Counted from the first letter of the stretch, positions 41,259-52,688 are shown. The stretch: 64,000 nucleotides of DNA from an uncultured delta proteobacterium (GCA_963811325.1 CAWEQT010000001.1:1301859-1365858); one strand, 5' to 3'. Program-made: numbers and translations. The notes: generated from the letters alone by a model not told the origin.

Positions 41259-42152
41259 TTGATTAAGAACAATTACGTCTTAATAACAGCAGCACGTAAT
41301 GAAGAAAAGTATATAGAAAATACTATAAAGACGATTATCTCGCAAACTGTTTTACCGGTTAAGTGGATGATTGTCAGTGATGGTTCAACTGATAGAACGG
41401 AAGAAATAGTTTCACAATATGTAGCACAGTACAACTTTATAACGCTTGTTCATAAAACAGCAAACACAAACGTACAAGTTGATTTTGCTTCCAAGGTTCA
41501 TGCAATCATGATAGGATACAAAATGCTTGCCGGTACTGATTATGACTTTATTGGCATACTCGATGGCGATGTCACCTTTGATTCTTTTTACTATGAAAAT
41601 ATTTTAAATAAATTTGCCGAAAATTCTAAGTTGGGCATTGCGGGGGGAATTATCCTTGATCAATACGATGATCATTATATAAGAAGATCGCCAAGTAATT
41701 CAAATTATGTTTCCGGCTGCATTCAACTTTTTCACCGGGCGTGTTACGAAGAGATAGGTGGCCTACTCCCCATCAAAGAAGGCGGGGAAGACACAATTGC
41801 CGCCATAACAGCTCAGATGAAGGGATGGGTGGTAGAAGCCTTTGAAGAACTTAAGGTGTATCACCACAAACTCAGCAAAACCACGCGGGGTAAATTAAAA
41901 GAAGCCTTCAGAGCAGGCCGAATGTTTTACGCGCTGGGTAGCCATCCGTTATTTGAGATATTTAAATGTATCAAAAGCCTCACCACCAAACCTTACTTAT
42001 TGTTTGCTATGACAAGGATGTGTGGTTATCTTCTGCCGTTTTTCAAGAAACAAAGACGACCTGTAACGGAAGAATTTATTCAATTTTTGAGAAAAGAGCA
42101 ACTTTCCAAATTAAAACAAATTTTATCCAAAGAGAGTGAAGGTCATGCTTAA
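41259..42152 (+). CDS. GT2 glycosyltransferase
   Basis: LITAARNEE, VSDGSTD, LDGD, GGEDT. Confidence 0.9.
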   Translation: MIKNNYVLITAARNEEKYIENTIKTIISQTVLPVKWMIVSDGSTDRTEEIVSQYVAQYNFITLVHKTANTNVQVDFASKVHAIMIGYKMLAGTDYDFIGILDGDVTFDSFYYENILNKFAENSKLGIAGGIILDQYDDHYIRRSPSNSNYVSGCIQLFHRACYEEIGGLLPIKEGGEDTIAAITAQMKGWVVEAFEELKVYHHKLSKTTRGKLKEAFRAGRMFYALGSHPLFEIFKCIKSLTTKPYLLFAMTRMCGYLLPFFKKQRRPVTEEFIQFLRKEQLSKLKQILSKESEGHA

Positions 42153-43602
42153 GCACAACAAGATATTGTTTATACCATTGGTGCTGTTGTTAATGCTGGG
42201 CTATTCAACCACAATCTTTTCCGCCACTTACTATATAGATTATGCCAGCGGGTCAGATGCCAACAATGGAACGTCGATCACACAACCATGGAAACGCTGC
42301 CCGGGGATGAAAGGTTTTTCCGGCAGCTATTCCCATTCAGCAGGAGATGTATTCGTCTTCAAAGGCGGAGTAATCTGGCCTGTGGCAGCTTTGCGATTAA
42401 CAATTGCCAAAAGTGGGGCTAACGGCAATCCTGATATTTACATAGGTGGACAAAGGTGTGACGTATCAGGTTTGGCGTCGTGTAATGGAGGAACTGCATG
42501 GGGTAGTGATTATCCGATATTTGATGGCGGGGCTGTTAATGGGATGCTTGCTATCTATAGTTCCGGTAAATCACATATTACGATTGACGGAATAAAAATA
42601 GTCAATGTTGGATATACCGATGGAAGTGGACAGGCGATCGCATTTAGTGGCGGGTCAGGTATAACAGTCAAAAACTGCTGGCTTCAGCCAAACGGTGTCA
42701 ACGCCTTTGCTTACGGCGCATCATCGGGAACGTACTCCAAGGTTTACTTCCATGACAATATTATCAAGCAAGCCGGCAGGGTTCATGTGAGTGTGGGTGA
42801 TGCGACCTGTGATGATTTCCAGTTTTATAATAATACAATGTATGGCAGCTATGATTATGATCGGAAGTCTTATCATACGGATGGTTTCATGATTGGGGCA
42901 GATGGAGTCGGTACATGGAAAGCCACCAATCTCAAAATATACAACAACAAGTTTGTGGGGGATTGGACACATGGCGCAACAGCGTTTATCTATATTAATG
43001 GAACACCAAAGACCTATTATGGATGGAAGTATGTCTATATCTATAATAATCAGTTAACATCTGAGAATGCCACGGGATGCACACTATCACCTGCCGCTAT
43101 ATTTTTTGCCGGTGGGCATAGCGATGTAAAGGTCTATAATAACACCATTGATGCAAGATCAAGTTCAGGAACTCCAACAAGTCATTGTATAGCTTTCGCA
43201 TGGCGGATTAACAACATAGAGGTTAAAAATAACATATTAACAGGATGTGATAATGGCATCACAATCGGCTCGGATACCACTGGAACAGTTGACCTTGATT
43301 ATAACCTTTATTACACACTAAGTAATAATCATCTGATATGGGATAGTAGATCTGCTGTGAACAAAAGATGTAATACGCTTTCCGGCTGTCAAGGTTCACC
43401 TGTTTATCAGGAAGCACATGGTAAAGTAGGCGAACCGAGGTTTATGGCATTACCGCATGGCGGAGTTGCTGGATCGGGTGATTGGCATTTACAGGCCGGT
43501 TCACCAGCGAGAACCGGCGGCGTTAATCTTGGCATACCTTATACAAGTGATATCGAAGGTGTAGTCGGAGGGAACAGGATTGGCGCTTATGCAAGAAAAT
43601 AA
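42145..43602 (+). CDS. Secreted right-handed beta-helix protein, paralog 1 (no C-terminal anchor)
   Basis: Signal peptide, ATYYIDY..G.D.NNG...PWK, Asn/Gly-rich beta-helix repeats, C-terminal WHLQAGSPA...RIGAY. Confidence 0.75.
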   Translation: MLKHNKILFIPLVLLLMLGYSTTIFSATYYIDYASGSDANNGTSITQPWKRCPGMKGFSGSYSHSAGDVFVFKGGVIWPVAALRLTIAKSGANGNPDIYIGGQRCDVSGLASCNGGTAWGSDYPIFDGGAVNGMLAIYSSGKSHITIDGIKIVNVGYTDGSGQAIAFSGGSGITVKNCWLQPNGVNAFAYGASSGTYSKVYFHDNIIKQAGRVHVSVGDATCDDFQFYNNTMYGSYDYDRKSYHTDGFMIGADGVGTWKATNLKIYNNKFVGDWTHGATAFIYINGTPKTYYGWKYVYIYNNQLTSENATGCTLSPAAIFFAGGHSDVKVYNNTIDARSSSGTPTSHCIAFAWRINNIEVKNNILTGCDNGITIGSDTTGTVDLDYNLYYTLSNNHLIWDSRSAVNKRCNTLSGCQGSPVYQEAHGKVGEPRFMALPHGGVAGSGDWHLQAGSPARTGGVNLGIPYTSDIEGVVGGNRIGAYARK

Positions 43603-43651
43603 ATTCATTTTGATAGCTAATCAAACAACATAATTCCGGATACGTAAATCA

Positions 43652-44974
43652 ATGGAAAATGCTTTAAACCTAACGCCTTTAGGCCTTGCTTTCCTCGTGA
43701 CTATGGGACTATTAATTTTAGTCCTGCCGCGACGACTGGTTTTTCTGCCCTTTATCATGGCCGTCAGCTATACGACGTTGGGGCAGCGGGTTATGATCGC
43801 GGGACTAAATTTTGACATTATTCGAATCCTTCTACTGTTCGGCTGGGTACGACTGCTGATTCGCGGAGAGTTAAAAGCATTCGACTTCACTGTCATAGAC
43901 AAACTTATTATTGCGTTTGTTCTGGCAAGCATTATTACGGCAACCATTCTGACACCAACTATGGATACGTTTATCAATCGAATGGGGCAGGCTTATAATA
44001 CGATTTTAACTTTTTTTCTGTTTCGCTTTTTAATCAGAGACTTGGATGAAATGATTTCCGTGCTCAAAATAACGGCCATTGTCATCCTACCGCTTGCTCT
44101 TTCTATGATCATCGAAAAATCAACACAAAGGAATATCTTTTCCATGTTTGGCGGTGTTTCTGAATTTACAATGATTCGTGAGGGACATTTGCGCTGTCAG
44201 GGCCCTTTCAGGCATCCCATTCTTGCGGGAACTTTCGGTGCTACCCTTTTTCCACTGTTTCTTGCTCTCTGGAACCGACATACAAAGGGGCGAACCTTCG
44301 CTTACATCGGCATCATATCATCTACCATAATTACAGTGACGTCAGCTTCATCGGGACCGCTCATGGCTTACCTGGCATCACTTATCGGGCTTTGCTGCTG
44401 GCCTTTGCGCAATAAGATGCGTCAGGTCAGATGGCTGCTTCTGGCAGGCATTGCGATGCTAGCATTATTTATGAAAGCCCCGATCTGGTTTTTGATCGGC
44501 CGGTTAGGCTTTATAACAGGCGGTACAGGATGGTCACGTTCTGAACTAATAGACCAAGCCGTTAAACATTTTAATGAGTGGTGGTTACTTGGAACGACAT
44601 ACACTGCAGACTGGACATTCGGTGTAGGCAATGGTTTAGTTACTTTGCCAGATGACCCCAACATGGTTGATATTACAAACCAATACTTATTTATCGGAGT
44701 ACAAGGCGGTATTTTACCACTCATATTATTTATATTGATCATTGCATACTGTTTTCAGAGTCTGGGCAAAACGCGCCGCATTCTGGCTGATCAGTCAAGC
44801 TATAAGCAAATTATTCCATGGGTTCTGGGCAGCGCTCTTTTTGCACATGCAGTAACCTTTATATCTGTAGCCTATTTTGATCAAATGAGACTAATGTGGG
44901 TTTGGCTGCTGTCTATTATCGCGCTTGTCGCAAGTCTGTCCCTCAAGAAAAAAGATAAACAAACATTTTCCTAA
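43652..44974 (+). CDS. O-antigen ligase/Wzy-like polymerase
   Basis: About 11 TM segments, RCQGPFRHPILAG, TGWSRSEL, DITNQY. Confidence 0.78.
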   Translation: MENALNLTPLGLAFLVTMGLLILVLPRRLVFLPFIMAVSYTTLGQRVMIAGLNFDIIRILLLFGWVRLLIRGELKAFDFTVIDKLIIAFVLASIITATILTPTMDTFINRMGQAYNTILTFFLFRFLIRDLDEMISVLKITAIVILPLALSMIIEKSTQRNIFSMFGGVSEFTMIREGHLRCQGPFRHPILAGTFGATLFPLFLALWNRHTKGRTFAYIGIISSTIITVTSASSGPLMAYLASLIGLCCWPLRNKMRQVRWLLLAGIAMLALFMKAPIWFLIGRLGFITGGTGWSRSELIDQAVKHFNEWWLLGTTYTADWTFGVGNGLVTLPDDPNMVDITNQYLFIGVQGGILPLILFILIIAYCFQSLGKTRRILADQSSYKQIIPWVLGSALFAHAVTFISVAYFDQMRLMWVWLLSIIALVASLSLKKKDKQTFS

Positions 44975-45080
44975 TCAACAGGCACTAAGAACCTTTTTTA
45001 AAATAATCGGGCAACCAATTAATTTCATCTTTTTATTACATGTCCAGACATTTAACAAAAAATTAGGGGGTTTATTTTTC

Positions 45081-46271
45081 ATGTCATCTACTAATAATCG
45101 TTTTTCGGTTTTAATTGATCATCTAACCGTTGATATTATTACATCAGTGGAACGATTTAATAGTTTAAAAGAAGAGTGGGGAAGTCTATTCAACTCTTGC
45201 AACAATCTAAATGCATTTCAAACTTTTTTCTGGAATTATGTATGGTGGAAACATTATGGCAAAGGAATGCAGTTGTCAATTTTTACAGTTCGCGAACATA
45301 ACAACCTTGTGGGTATAGCTCCATTTATGGTGAAGTCGCGTCTTGGCATACAGGAGATTGAACCTATTGGTGGTGAACACCATTACAATTTTGCGTTGAT
45401 CATGGACAACCAGCGTTATGATGTGGCCATGGCAATCGCAATGAAGCTCGCCGGGTGCTTTCCGAAAGGCCTTATTCATATCCCATACTTTGCGGCAGAC
45501 ACCATTTCCATTAACGTTTTTATGGCAGCGCTCAATACGTATGATTGGAAAGAGACGCGGTGGACCAGGAACATCTCTCATTACGTTTCTGAAGGCAATG
45601 GCTTCAGTAATTACATGGCACACAAATCAAAAAAGTCGCGAGCTACACTCAAACGTAAACGTGCGCGACTCGAGGAAACTGGTTTAGTTAATTTAATCCA
45701 TATTTGCCTGGATGATTTAACCGAAAAGTCTGTGGAAAGAATAGCACAAATACAGAAACAAAGCTGGTTAGCAAGACGTGGTCAAGAATCTCTGTCTTCA
45801 GCATTCTATAAAGAAGTGATCTCCTCTCTAGCCCAAAACAATCACGCGGAAATTTTTCTTTACGAACAAAATGGCGAAGACATAGCGTATATTCTTAATT
45901 TTTATTCTGGAAATATTTGCTATTGTTTATTCCTTGGATTCAGTGAAACGAAAGCGCACTTGTCACCAGGGCAAATGCTCATGCTGGAGAATCTGCAAAA
46001 AGTTTTAGATAGTGGTATCACTGTTTATGATTTTTTATATGGTGAAGCTGAATATAAAAGATTTTGGGCTAATCGAACAAAGTATGTGTGTCGCGCCGTA
46101 TGCTACAGAGGTTATTGTGCATCTATCGCGTCATGGCTCCCCCACAGACTGCATGGTACTTTTTCGAAATATCAGACACTTAAAATTATTTTGGTTAAAA
46201 TGCGTAGATTTAAAACAAAAATATTTCAACATTTGAACTTTAATCCCACAAAATCGGATCACAATAGTTAA
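45081..46271 (+). CDS. CelD/BcsL-like GNAT acetyltransferase
   Basis: FQTFFW..WWKHY, LVGIAPF, LSPGQMLM, YDFLYGEAEYKRFWA. Confidence 0.8.
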   Translation: MSSTNNRFSVLIDHLTVDIITSVERFNSLKEEWGSLFNSCNNLNAFQTFFWNYVWWKHYGKGMQLSIFTVREHNNLVGIAPFMVKSRLGIQEIEPIGGEHHYNFALIMDNQRYDVAMAIAMKLAGCFPKGLIHIPYFAADTISINVFMAALNTYDWKETRWTRNISHYVSEGNGFSNYMAHKSKKSRATLKRKRARLEETGLVNLIHICLDDLTEKSVERIAQIQKQSWLARRGQESLSSAFYKEVISSLAQNNHAEIFLYEQNGEDIAYILNFYSGNICYCLFLGFSETKAHLSPGQMLMLENLQKVLDSGITVYDFLYGEAEYKRFWANRTKYVCRAVCYRGYCASIASWLPHRLHGTFSKYQTLKIILVKMRRFKTKIFQHLNFNPTKSDHNS

Positions 46272-46297
46272 AATTTGAAAAACATGAAGGAAAGAAA

Positions 46298-47488
46298 ATG
46301 AAGAAGCCGTCCGGATACGATATAAAAGTTATAAGATCATTGGAAGAAATTGAAGATGTTAGGAATTTCTGGGAAACACACCAATGCTACCCGGATGCGG
46401 ATATTGATTTCTATATTGCGTTTTGCCGTGCCAATAAAGCAAATGTGAGCCCTCATATTACTGTTCTTATGAAGCAGGGTAAACCTGATACCATGATGAT
46501 AGGTCGTCTTGACAATATAGATTTTAAATTTAGATTCGGCTATAAAATTTTATTCAGCACAAAAATAAAATCACTGAGTATCCTTTATGGTGGTATTATC
46601 GGTAACCTTACCGATCCGGCTTGTAATATGCTTTTTGAATCAATTATGGATTCGCTTTTAAAAGGTGATGCCGATATTGCATTTTTCAATCATCTGGCCT
46701 TAGATTCAAACATGTACAATCTTGCAACGAGGCTTCCTCATTATTTTCTGCGCGATCATTCGATTAAAGTCAATCAACACTGGCGGTCAATATTGCCGGA
46801 TTCATTGGACGAGTTTGAAAAAACACGTCCCAAAAATTTCAGGAACAATTTTAAAAAATATACCAAAAGATTAAATGATCAATATGGGAAAGATAAAATT
46901 ATTAAGATTTATCGGTCTATGACTGAATATGTAACTTTACTGAAGGATATAGAAACGATTGCATCCAAAACATTTCATCGTGGCTTGGGCGTTGGTTTTC
47001 TGAATGATCAAGCTACTGAAAACAGAATTTTGCTTGCGCTCAAGCAGCAACGTTTTAGAGCTTACATTATGTATATAGGCCAGCAACCATGCGCCTTTTT
47101 AACTGGTGTGAAATACGGGCATACTTTTTTCCCATGGGCCACGGGCTACGACCCGTCATTTAATCAGTATAGCCCGGGCACTCTAATTATCATGGAAATG
47201 TTTAAGGCACTATACGAGGAAGGCGATATTCAGACGGTTGATTTCGGTTTTGGTGAAGCTTTTTACAAACACAATTTTTGCAACGATAATTGGCAGGAAG
47301 CATCTGTATATGTTTATGCGCCAACTTTAAAGGGCGGATTGCTCAATGCAATTAAGTCACTGCTAGTTATCATTTCAACTCTTACTGAATACGCGTTAAA
47401 AAAACTCAATTTGACCGATAAAGTAAAAAAGATATGGCGGGACAAACTTGCACCGGGCAAAAACAATAATAATGAAAGTTCTGGATAA
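46298..47488 (+). CDS. CelD/BcsL-like GNAT acetyltransferase
   Basis: GYDPSFNQYSPGTL, VDFGFGEAFYK. Confidence 0.8.
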   Translation: MKKPSGYDIKVIRSLEEIEDVRNFWETHQCYPDADIDFYIAFCRANKANVSPHITVLMKQGKPDTMMIGRLDNIDFKFRFGYKILFSTKIKSLSILYGGIIGNLTDPACNMLFESIMDSLLKGDADIAFFNHLALDSNMYNLATRLPHYFLRDHSIKVNQHWRSILPDSLDEFEKTRPKNFRNNFKKYTKRLNDQYGKDKIIKIYRSMTEYVTLLKDIETIASKTFHRGLGVGFLNDQATENRILLALKQQRFRAYIMYIGQQPCAFLTGVKYGHTFFPWATGYDPSFNQYSPGTLIIMEMFKALYEEGDIQTVDFGFGEAFYKHNFCNDNWQEASVYVYAPTLKGGLLNAIKSLLVIISTLTEYALKKLNLTDKVKKIWRDKLAPGKNNNNESSG

Positions 47489-48920
47489 ATTAAAATCATT
47501 AAGACATTCAGAAAGCCTTCTTGGGCGCAGCGTTCGCAGCGGCGGCATTTTAGCTGCAGGCAGCCTATCAGAAAATCTATTAAGATTTATCCGCAATATC
47601 ATTTTAGCCAGATTACTTGCACCGGATGCATTTGGTCTTATGGCAACCATTATGGCAACAGTTGCCGCTGCTGAGGCATTTGCCGAGGTTGGCCTGACCA
47701 AATCGATTATTCAGAATAAGAAAGGTTCGGAAAAAGAATTTTTAAATGTCATCTGGTGGTTTTCAGCATTCAGAGCAATTATGTTATATATGATTGCTTT
47801 TTTTGCGGCGCCATTAATCGCTGATTTCCTTAATAAACCCGAGGCAACACTCATACTGCGCACTGCCCTTATTGTCATATTATTAAGAGGGTTAACCAGC
47901 CCCAACATTTTTTTGCTTCATAAAGAATTAAAGTTCAACAAATGGGTAATTTTCACACAAAGCGCGAGCATACTTGGTATACTTGCCGCTATAATATCGG
48001 CATTCTATCTTCATAATGTCTGGGCTTTGGTGCTGGGCTATGTTATTGAGGCCTTTTTAATTTTTTTATTTTCCTATATATTCTATCCTCTCATACCAAA
48101 GTTTCAAATCAACTTATCGCATGCCAAAAATATTATGAGCTTCTCAAGAAAATTCTTCGGTCTGCCGATCTTGATGGTGCTATATGGTCAAGCTGATAAC
48201 TTTGTAATTGGTAAAGTGCTGTCACTAAGCGTATTGGGTTTGTATTTTTTGGCACGAGATCTGGCAGATATGCCCAATAAGATATTTTCAAGAATCAGCC
48301 CTGTATTTATGCCGGCTTTTTCTCTGATTCAGGATGACAGAGAAAAACTGAAAAATACTTTACTTAAAATTACGGAGATAATTGTGACTTTTGGGCTGCC
48401 CTTTTTTACATTTTTAATTGCCTTTTCCAGTCCGTTATTAGGAATCATCTACGCACCGGAGTATAGTATAGTGGCGATTCCTTTCAGTATTTTTTGTTTA
48501 TCTGTTTTTCTTTATATCCTGTCGGTGCTGATGATGAACGTTGTTTTTGCCACAGGCAACCCTGATCAATTTCGAAACGCGTCACTTGCCAGAACATTTG
48601 TTTTCTTGATTTTACTATACCCCGCAACAAAGTATCTGGGACTGATAGGCGCGGCACTTTCCACGGTACTTTCCATGTGCCTGGCTTTTGCAATACAAAT
48701 CCATTACCTAAAAGACTTGTTAAATATTAATATACATGAATATTTTGCCAAGTTTATCAAAGGAGTTAACTACTCTTTCATTGTATTAATTCCCGGCATC
48801 GTTTTCGTGATCGCATTGCCTTCACATAGAATTATAGCAATGGTAATCGGCTCTGTTTTTTGTATACTAGCATGGTGCTTCGGCGTTGTCTCTTTCAGCC
48901 GCCAGAAAATGAAAAAGTAG
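47472..48920 (+). CDS. Wzx flippase
   Basis: IILARLLAPDAFG, QADNFVIGK, LGLYFLA, 12+ TM segments. Confidence 0.9.
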   Translation: MKVLDKLKSLRHSESLLGRSVRSGGILAAGSLSENLLRFIRNIILARLLAPDAFGLMATIMATVAAAEAFAEVGLTKSIIQNKKGSEKEFLNVIWWFSAFRAIMLYMIAFFAAPLIADFLNKPEATLILRTALIVILLRGLTSPNIFLLHKELKFNKWVIFTQSASILGILAAIISAFYLHNVWALVLGYVIEAFLIFLFSYIFYPLIPKFQINLSHAKNIMSFSRKFFGLPILMVLYGQADNFVIGKVLSLSVLGLYFLARDLADMPNKIFSRISPVFMPAFSLIQDDREKLKNTLLKITEIIVTFGLPFFTFLIAFSSPLLGIIYAPEYSIVAIPFSIFCLSVFLYILSVLMMNVVFATGNPDQFRNASLARTFVFLILLYPATKYLGLIGAALSTVLSMCLAFAIQIHYLKDLLNINIHEYFAKFIKGVNYSFIVLIPGIVFVIALPSHRIIAMVIGSVFCILAWCFGVVSFSRQKMKK

Positions 48921-48963
48921 AAACATGTGTTTTTGATATTGATAAAATGGATGAAATAACTTT

Positions 48964-49602
48964 ATGCTGCTGATAAAATCCCTCAATAAAATATTATATA
49001 GGCTGTATGCCTTAAACAACAGGCGATTGCGTGATATCATTCAAAGTATTATAAGTAATAATGAAGGTGGCGCTGTCCGCTCAAAAACCTTAAGAAAGAT
49101 TTTTCATGACTATCATGATATCACAATCGGGATGTACAGCTATGGCGGCTGCTTCGATTTACACAACATCCCTGCAGGAACGGTGATTGGAAGATATTGC
49201 TCATTTGCACGTAATGTATACATCTTATCCGGCAATCATCCGTTTACCAATAAATCAATGCATCCTTTTTTCTATAGTCCCTATTTCGGTTATGTTGACG
49301 AATTATCAATCACCAGAACAAAGTTGGTCATCGAAAATGATATCTGGATAGGGCAAAACGCGATCATATTGCCGTCTGTCAATAGGATCGAAAATGGCGC
49401 AGTAATAGCTGCGGGTGCTGTTGTTTCTAAAAATGTGCCGCCATTTGCTATCGTGGCAGGTAATCCGGCAAAAATTATTAAATACCGCTTTTCTCAGCAG
49501 GTTATTGACCAAATAACGCAATCAGCCTGGTGGGAAAAGGACATTAATGAAATTAAAGAGAATCATGATGAGTTTAAAAGTTTTTTAAAACCAATTGAAT
49601 AA
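48964..49602 (+). CDS. CatB/Vat-related O-acetyltransferase
   Basis: IGRYCSFA, IENDIWIG, IAAGAVVSKNVPPFAIVAGNPAKIIKYRF, AWW. Confidence 0.88.
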   Translation: MLLIKSLNKILYRLYALNNRRLRDIIQSIISNNEGGAVRSKTLRKIFHDYHDITIGMYSYGGCFDLHNIPAGTVIGRYCSFARNVYILSGNHPFTNKSMHPFFYSPYFGYVDELSITRTKLVIENDIWIGQNAIILPSVNRIENGAVIAAGAVVSKNVPPFAIVAGNPAKIIKYRFSQQVIDQITQSAWWEKDINEIKENHDEFKSFLKPIE

Positions 49603-49824
49603 CTCAAAAAAATATCTTTATCGTTTTGTCCCCCGCTTGCTGGGGTGGCAAGTTTTTCTAAAACTATAAAAAAACGCATAACAGCTTGCGGCCAAAATTC
49701 AAACATGGCAATTGCCATTTGAAAGATTCAATAAACAATATTCACTTTTATAAAAGAATTAAATTGCTGATAGGGATGATAGTAATCAGGATAAAACTCA
49801 GAAATTAGATTGAATCATATAGTC

Positions 49825-49865
49825 AAAACAAAAGGCAGCGTCGAATTAGCCCTGCCTTTTGTTTT
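49825..49865. terminator. Bidirectional terminator between the EPS operon and the convergent gene
   Basis: AAAACAAAAGGCAG-loop-CTGCCTTTTGTTTT. Confidence 0.8.
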
Positions 49866-50029
49866 TCTTGAGGAAAGGGTTTTTGACTTGGACCAAATTG
49901 GCCTTGGTATAAGGCAGATACGTTATAAAAAAGGATGCTTTCTCAGTGGCCAATAATAATAGGGGCCAGAGTTGAAAATTACTCTACCCTCTATTGTTAT
50001 TCTGTTTTCTTGCAACTATTAAAGTACTT

Positions 50030-52012
50030 TTACAAAAGTCTGTCTCTGTCCGCTCTGAAAGTAAGTGCCGCTAATTGCGCGTGTGCATGCTTTTCCATTT
50101 TCTTTCTGATGATGATGACCATAATCATTAGAAGCATGGTTAGCAGCAGCATCTCTGCAGCGTTTGGATAAGACATAGCGTAAACGATAGGTGTTAATGC
50201 CCATCTTGTTGCTATTTTTAAAAAGTCATTTGCTGCAATGACTTTTGCAACAGGTGGTGAATTTCTGTAATAAAATTCCACAAACTTTTTGCCAAAGTAA
50301 TTGGTCAAAAGATAATGATCGCGGAAGTTTCTCAATATATATACATGCGGATCGAGATAAGAACCATAGGCAGCCGTGGCAATGAAGCATCCGCCCTTAC
50401 CATTACCGCCATCATCATCAGTACCACTGTCTGCCGCAAAATCATACGCGCCCACATCCCACGGAGTTTGACGGGTATTATATAAATAATCAGTAGTGAA
50501 TGTCCCAGAAAGATTATTTCCCATGTTGATAGCAGGAGAATTAGATTGTAATTGCCAGTTTCCCGACCCTGTAACACCACCACTTGGTAAAGCAACGAAA
50601 CCTATATACGAACCGGAATAAGCAGTATTTGCTTTGCCTTGCGTTTCCTGTCCCTGTGCTTGACAAGCAGCAAGAGTATTACACCTGTTTTGTCCCGGTC
50701 TTTCATCGTATATTAGATGATCACCGTAAACCGTGTTATAGATATTATAATCAATGGTAATTGTTCCGATTGAGGATGCTGATATTATAATAGCATTGTC
50801 CGTTCCAGAGAGAATATTATTTTCAACCGTGGCACTCCCTATCACACTATCCAAGAATATCCCGGTAAACGCAACGGCCGGATTAGAGGCACAGTTATCG
50901 CCTGAAATAGTATTATTAAAAATATTGATATTTTCCTTATTGCCGTTGTATATTGATATCGCGCCAGGACAAAAGGCTTCAGAAGTACAAGTATTACTTT
51001 CGGGGGCTATAACATTGTCATATATCCATGCTCCATTTACACTATTATATCCAGGTGTGCCGTTCACATAAATGGCTGCTGTTCCTGTCATGTTTCCTCT
51101 AAACATATTATGATGGATATAAAGATTAGTCATCCAGGTATTATTAGCAGGAGTAGTATTCGCCCCGACCATAAAACCATCTGCATGATAAGTCTGAGGA
51201 TTGTAAGTTCCTAGGCCGAGAAAGATATTATTATATAATTGAATATCATCCATATAAAAAGTAAGATCAGTAGTGTTAATAACTACCCTACCCGAATTTT
51301 CTATGAGATTATCGTGAAAGAGTAGATGGGCAGTATTATATCCAATGCCGTGGCTAAAAGCATTGACAGCATTTGTGTTGAGTATGTTATTCTTCACCTC
51401 CAGGCTTGAAGTAGTCCCAGCAGCTATTCCCTGTCCTGACCCGTCCGTATATCCTGCGTTATCTATCTCAATACCGTCTATGGTCACATAGGACAATCCG
51501 TTTTTAATAGATATCACTAATGCCCCATCAACAGCTCCACCATCAAAATGTGGATAACCTGTTCCCCATGCTACTCCGCCATTGCAGGAGACAGAAGCGT
51601 TTGAGCCGCAAGGATAGTTTATTCCGTTACAGGCAGAAGTACCGTTAAGAAGAAATGGCGAGGGTGGGGTATAGCCGCATTGCTGACCACCCATGTAAAC
51701 ATCAGTAGCTCCATTTGCACCGGAGTTTTTTATTGATAATACAGTACTGTATCCAGATTGCATAGGCCATGTCACTCCGCCTTTGAAGACAAAGACATCA
51801 CCAGCGGAGTGAGAATATGTACCCGTAAATCCGGGCATTTCAGGTGCAAATTTCCACGGCGTTGAAGTGGTTGTCCCATTATTGGAATCCAAACCGTTGA
51901 CATAGTCTATGTAGTACGTAGCGGCTATTGCTATTTTAGAAGATAAAAATATGAACAGACACGTTACAAAAATTACTCCTATTTGATTTAATATTCTGCT
52001 TCTTTTTATCAT
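50030..52012 (-). CDS. Secreted beta-helix protein, paralog 2, with CFI-box-CTERM sorting domain
   Basis: Signal peptide, shared N-cap, linker [10 protein letters not shown], then [10 protein letters not shown]...LRNFRD...[10 protein letters not shown] helix and RKK. Confidence 0.82.
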   Translation of the reverse strand: MIKRSRILNQIGVIFVTCLFIFLSSKIAIAATYYIDYVNGLDSNNGTTTSTPWKFAPEMPGFTGTYSHSAGDVFVFKGGVTWPMQSGYSTVLSIKNSGANGATDVYMGGQQCGYTPPSPFLLNGTSACNGINYPCGSNASVSCNGGVAWGTGYPHFDGGAVDGALVISIKNGLSYVTIDGIEIDNAGYTDGSGQGIAAGTTSSLEVKNNILNTNAVNAFSHGIGYNTAHLLFHDNLIENSGRVVINTTDLTFYMDDIQLYNNIFLGLGTYNPQTYHADGFMVGANTTPANNTWMTNLYIHHNMFRGNMTGTAAIYVNGTPGYNSVNGAWIYDNVIAPESNTCTSEAFCPGAISIYNGNKENINIFNNTISGDNCASNPAVAFTGIFLDSVIGSATVENNILSGTDNAIIISASSIGTITIDYNIYNTVYGDHLIYDERPGQNRCNTLAACQAQGQETQGKANTAYSGSYIGFVALPSGGVTGSGNWQLQSNSPAINMGNNLSGTFTTDYLYNTRQTPWDVGAYDFAADSGTDDDGGNGKGGCFIATAAYGSYLDPHVYILRNFRDHYLLTNYFGKKFVEFYYRNSPPVAKVIAANDFLKIATRWALTPIVYAMSYPNAAEMLLLTMLLMIMVIIIRKKMEKHAHAQLAALTFRADRDRLL

Positions 52013-52022
52013 ACTACCTCCA
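51669..52022. repeat. 354-bp near-identical duplication of 55195-55548
   Basis: Covers the SD, signal peptide and N-cap of paralogs 2 and 3, with long identical stretches. Confidence 0.9.
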
Positions 52023-52406
52023 TTTTTCTTAAATAACAAAGGCATCCATTGTTCTCTTACGCATACCATCCGGCGGTATGATCAACAAAAAAGAGCCTGT
52101 AAACTGATCTGTGCGAATAGAATAATTTCCATATAAATGCTAAAATGTGTTGGTGCATAACAGCAAATTTTGAAATTGTCAATGCCAGATTGGCTGAGGG
52201 ACTCGTCCATTTATTTATCATATCCTGAACGACAGGCAATAATGGTTATGCCATAAAACAATGGTTGATAATTTGTGGACAACAGTAATAAGTGATTGTT
52301 AAAATATCTTGGGAGCCATTAAAAGTGTAAACTATGTATCCGTTCTAAAATGTGAACGCTGTTTCAGTTGCACAGTGGATGTATTAATGTAGCCGTAATT
52401 TTCATC

Positions 52407-52431
52407 GTAGGGCGAGTTTTCCAAACACGCC
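52407..52431 (+). repeat. GTAG-type REP-like palindrome
   Basis: GTAG-GGCGAGTTT-TCC-AAACACGCC. Confidence 0.5.
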
Positions 52432-52642
52432 GCTTAGGACTTCGAACTGCTTGGGGAACGGAGTCTGCCCGTCGGCCGGAGGGTGACACCTCTCTTAAAA
52501 TCTCTCGACTTCGCGCCAGTGGAGGATATGAAATGACATTTTTCCTATTGCGAAACAGCCTCCAAGTCCGGAATGATGAATAGCAGAGTTGTGCAGGTCT
52601 CTACTTGCCCAGTCCCCCAATAACATCGGGTGCTGAAGCAGC

Positions 52643-52685
52643 GAAAGGACTTCTTCCCTGTGTCAGTTCAGGAAGAAGTCCTTTC
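52643..52685. repeat. 15-bp perfect inverted repeat after the paralog 3 stop codon
   Basis: GAAAGGACTTCTTCC-N13-GGAAGAAGTCCTTTC. Confidence 0.75.
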
Positions 52686-52688
52686 TAT

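Noticed and set aside
49705-49718. 14-bp palindrome ATGGCAATTGCCAT as an operator
   Set aside because: Single occurrence downstream of convergent genes with no linked promoter
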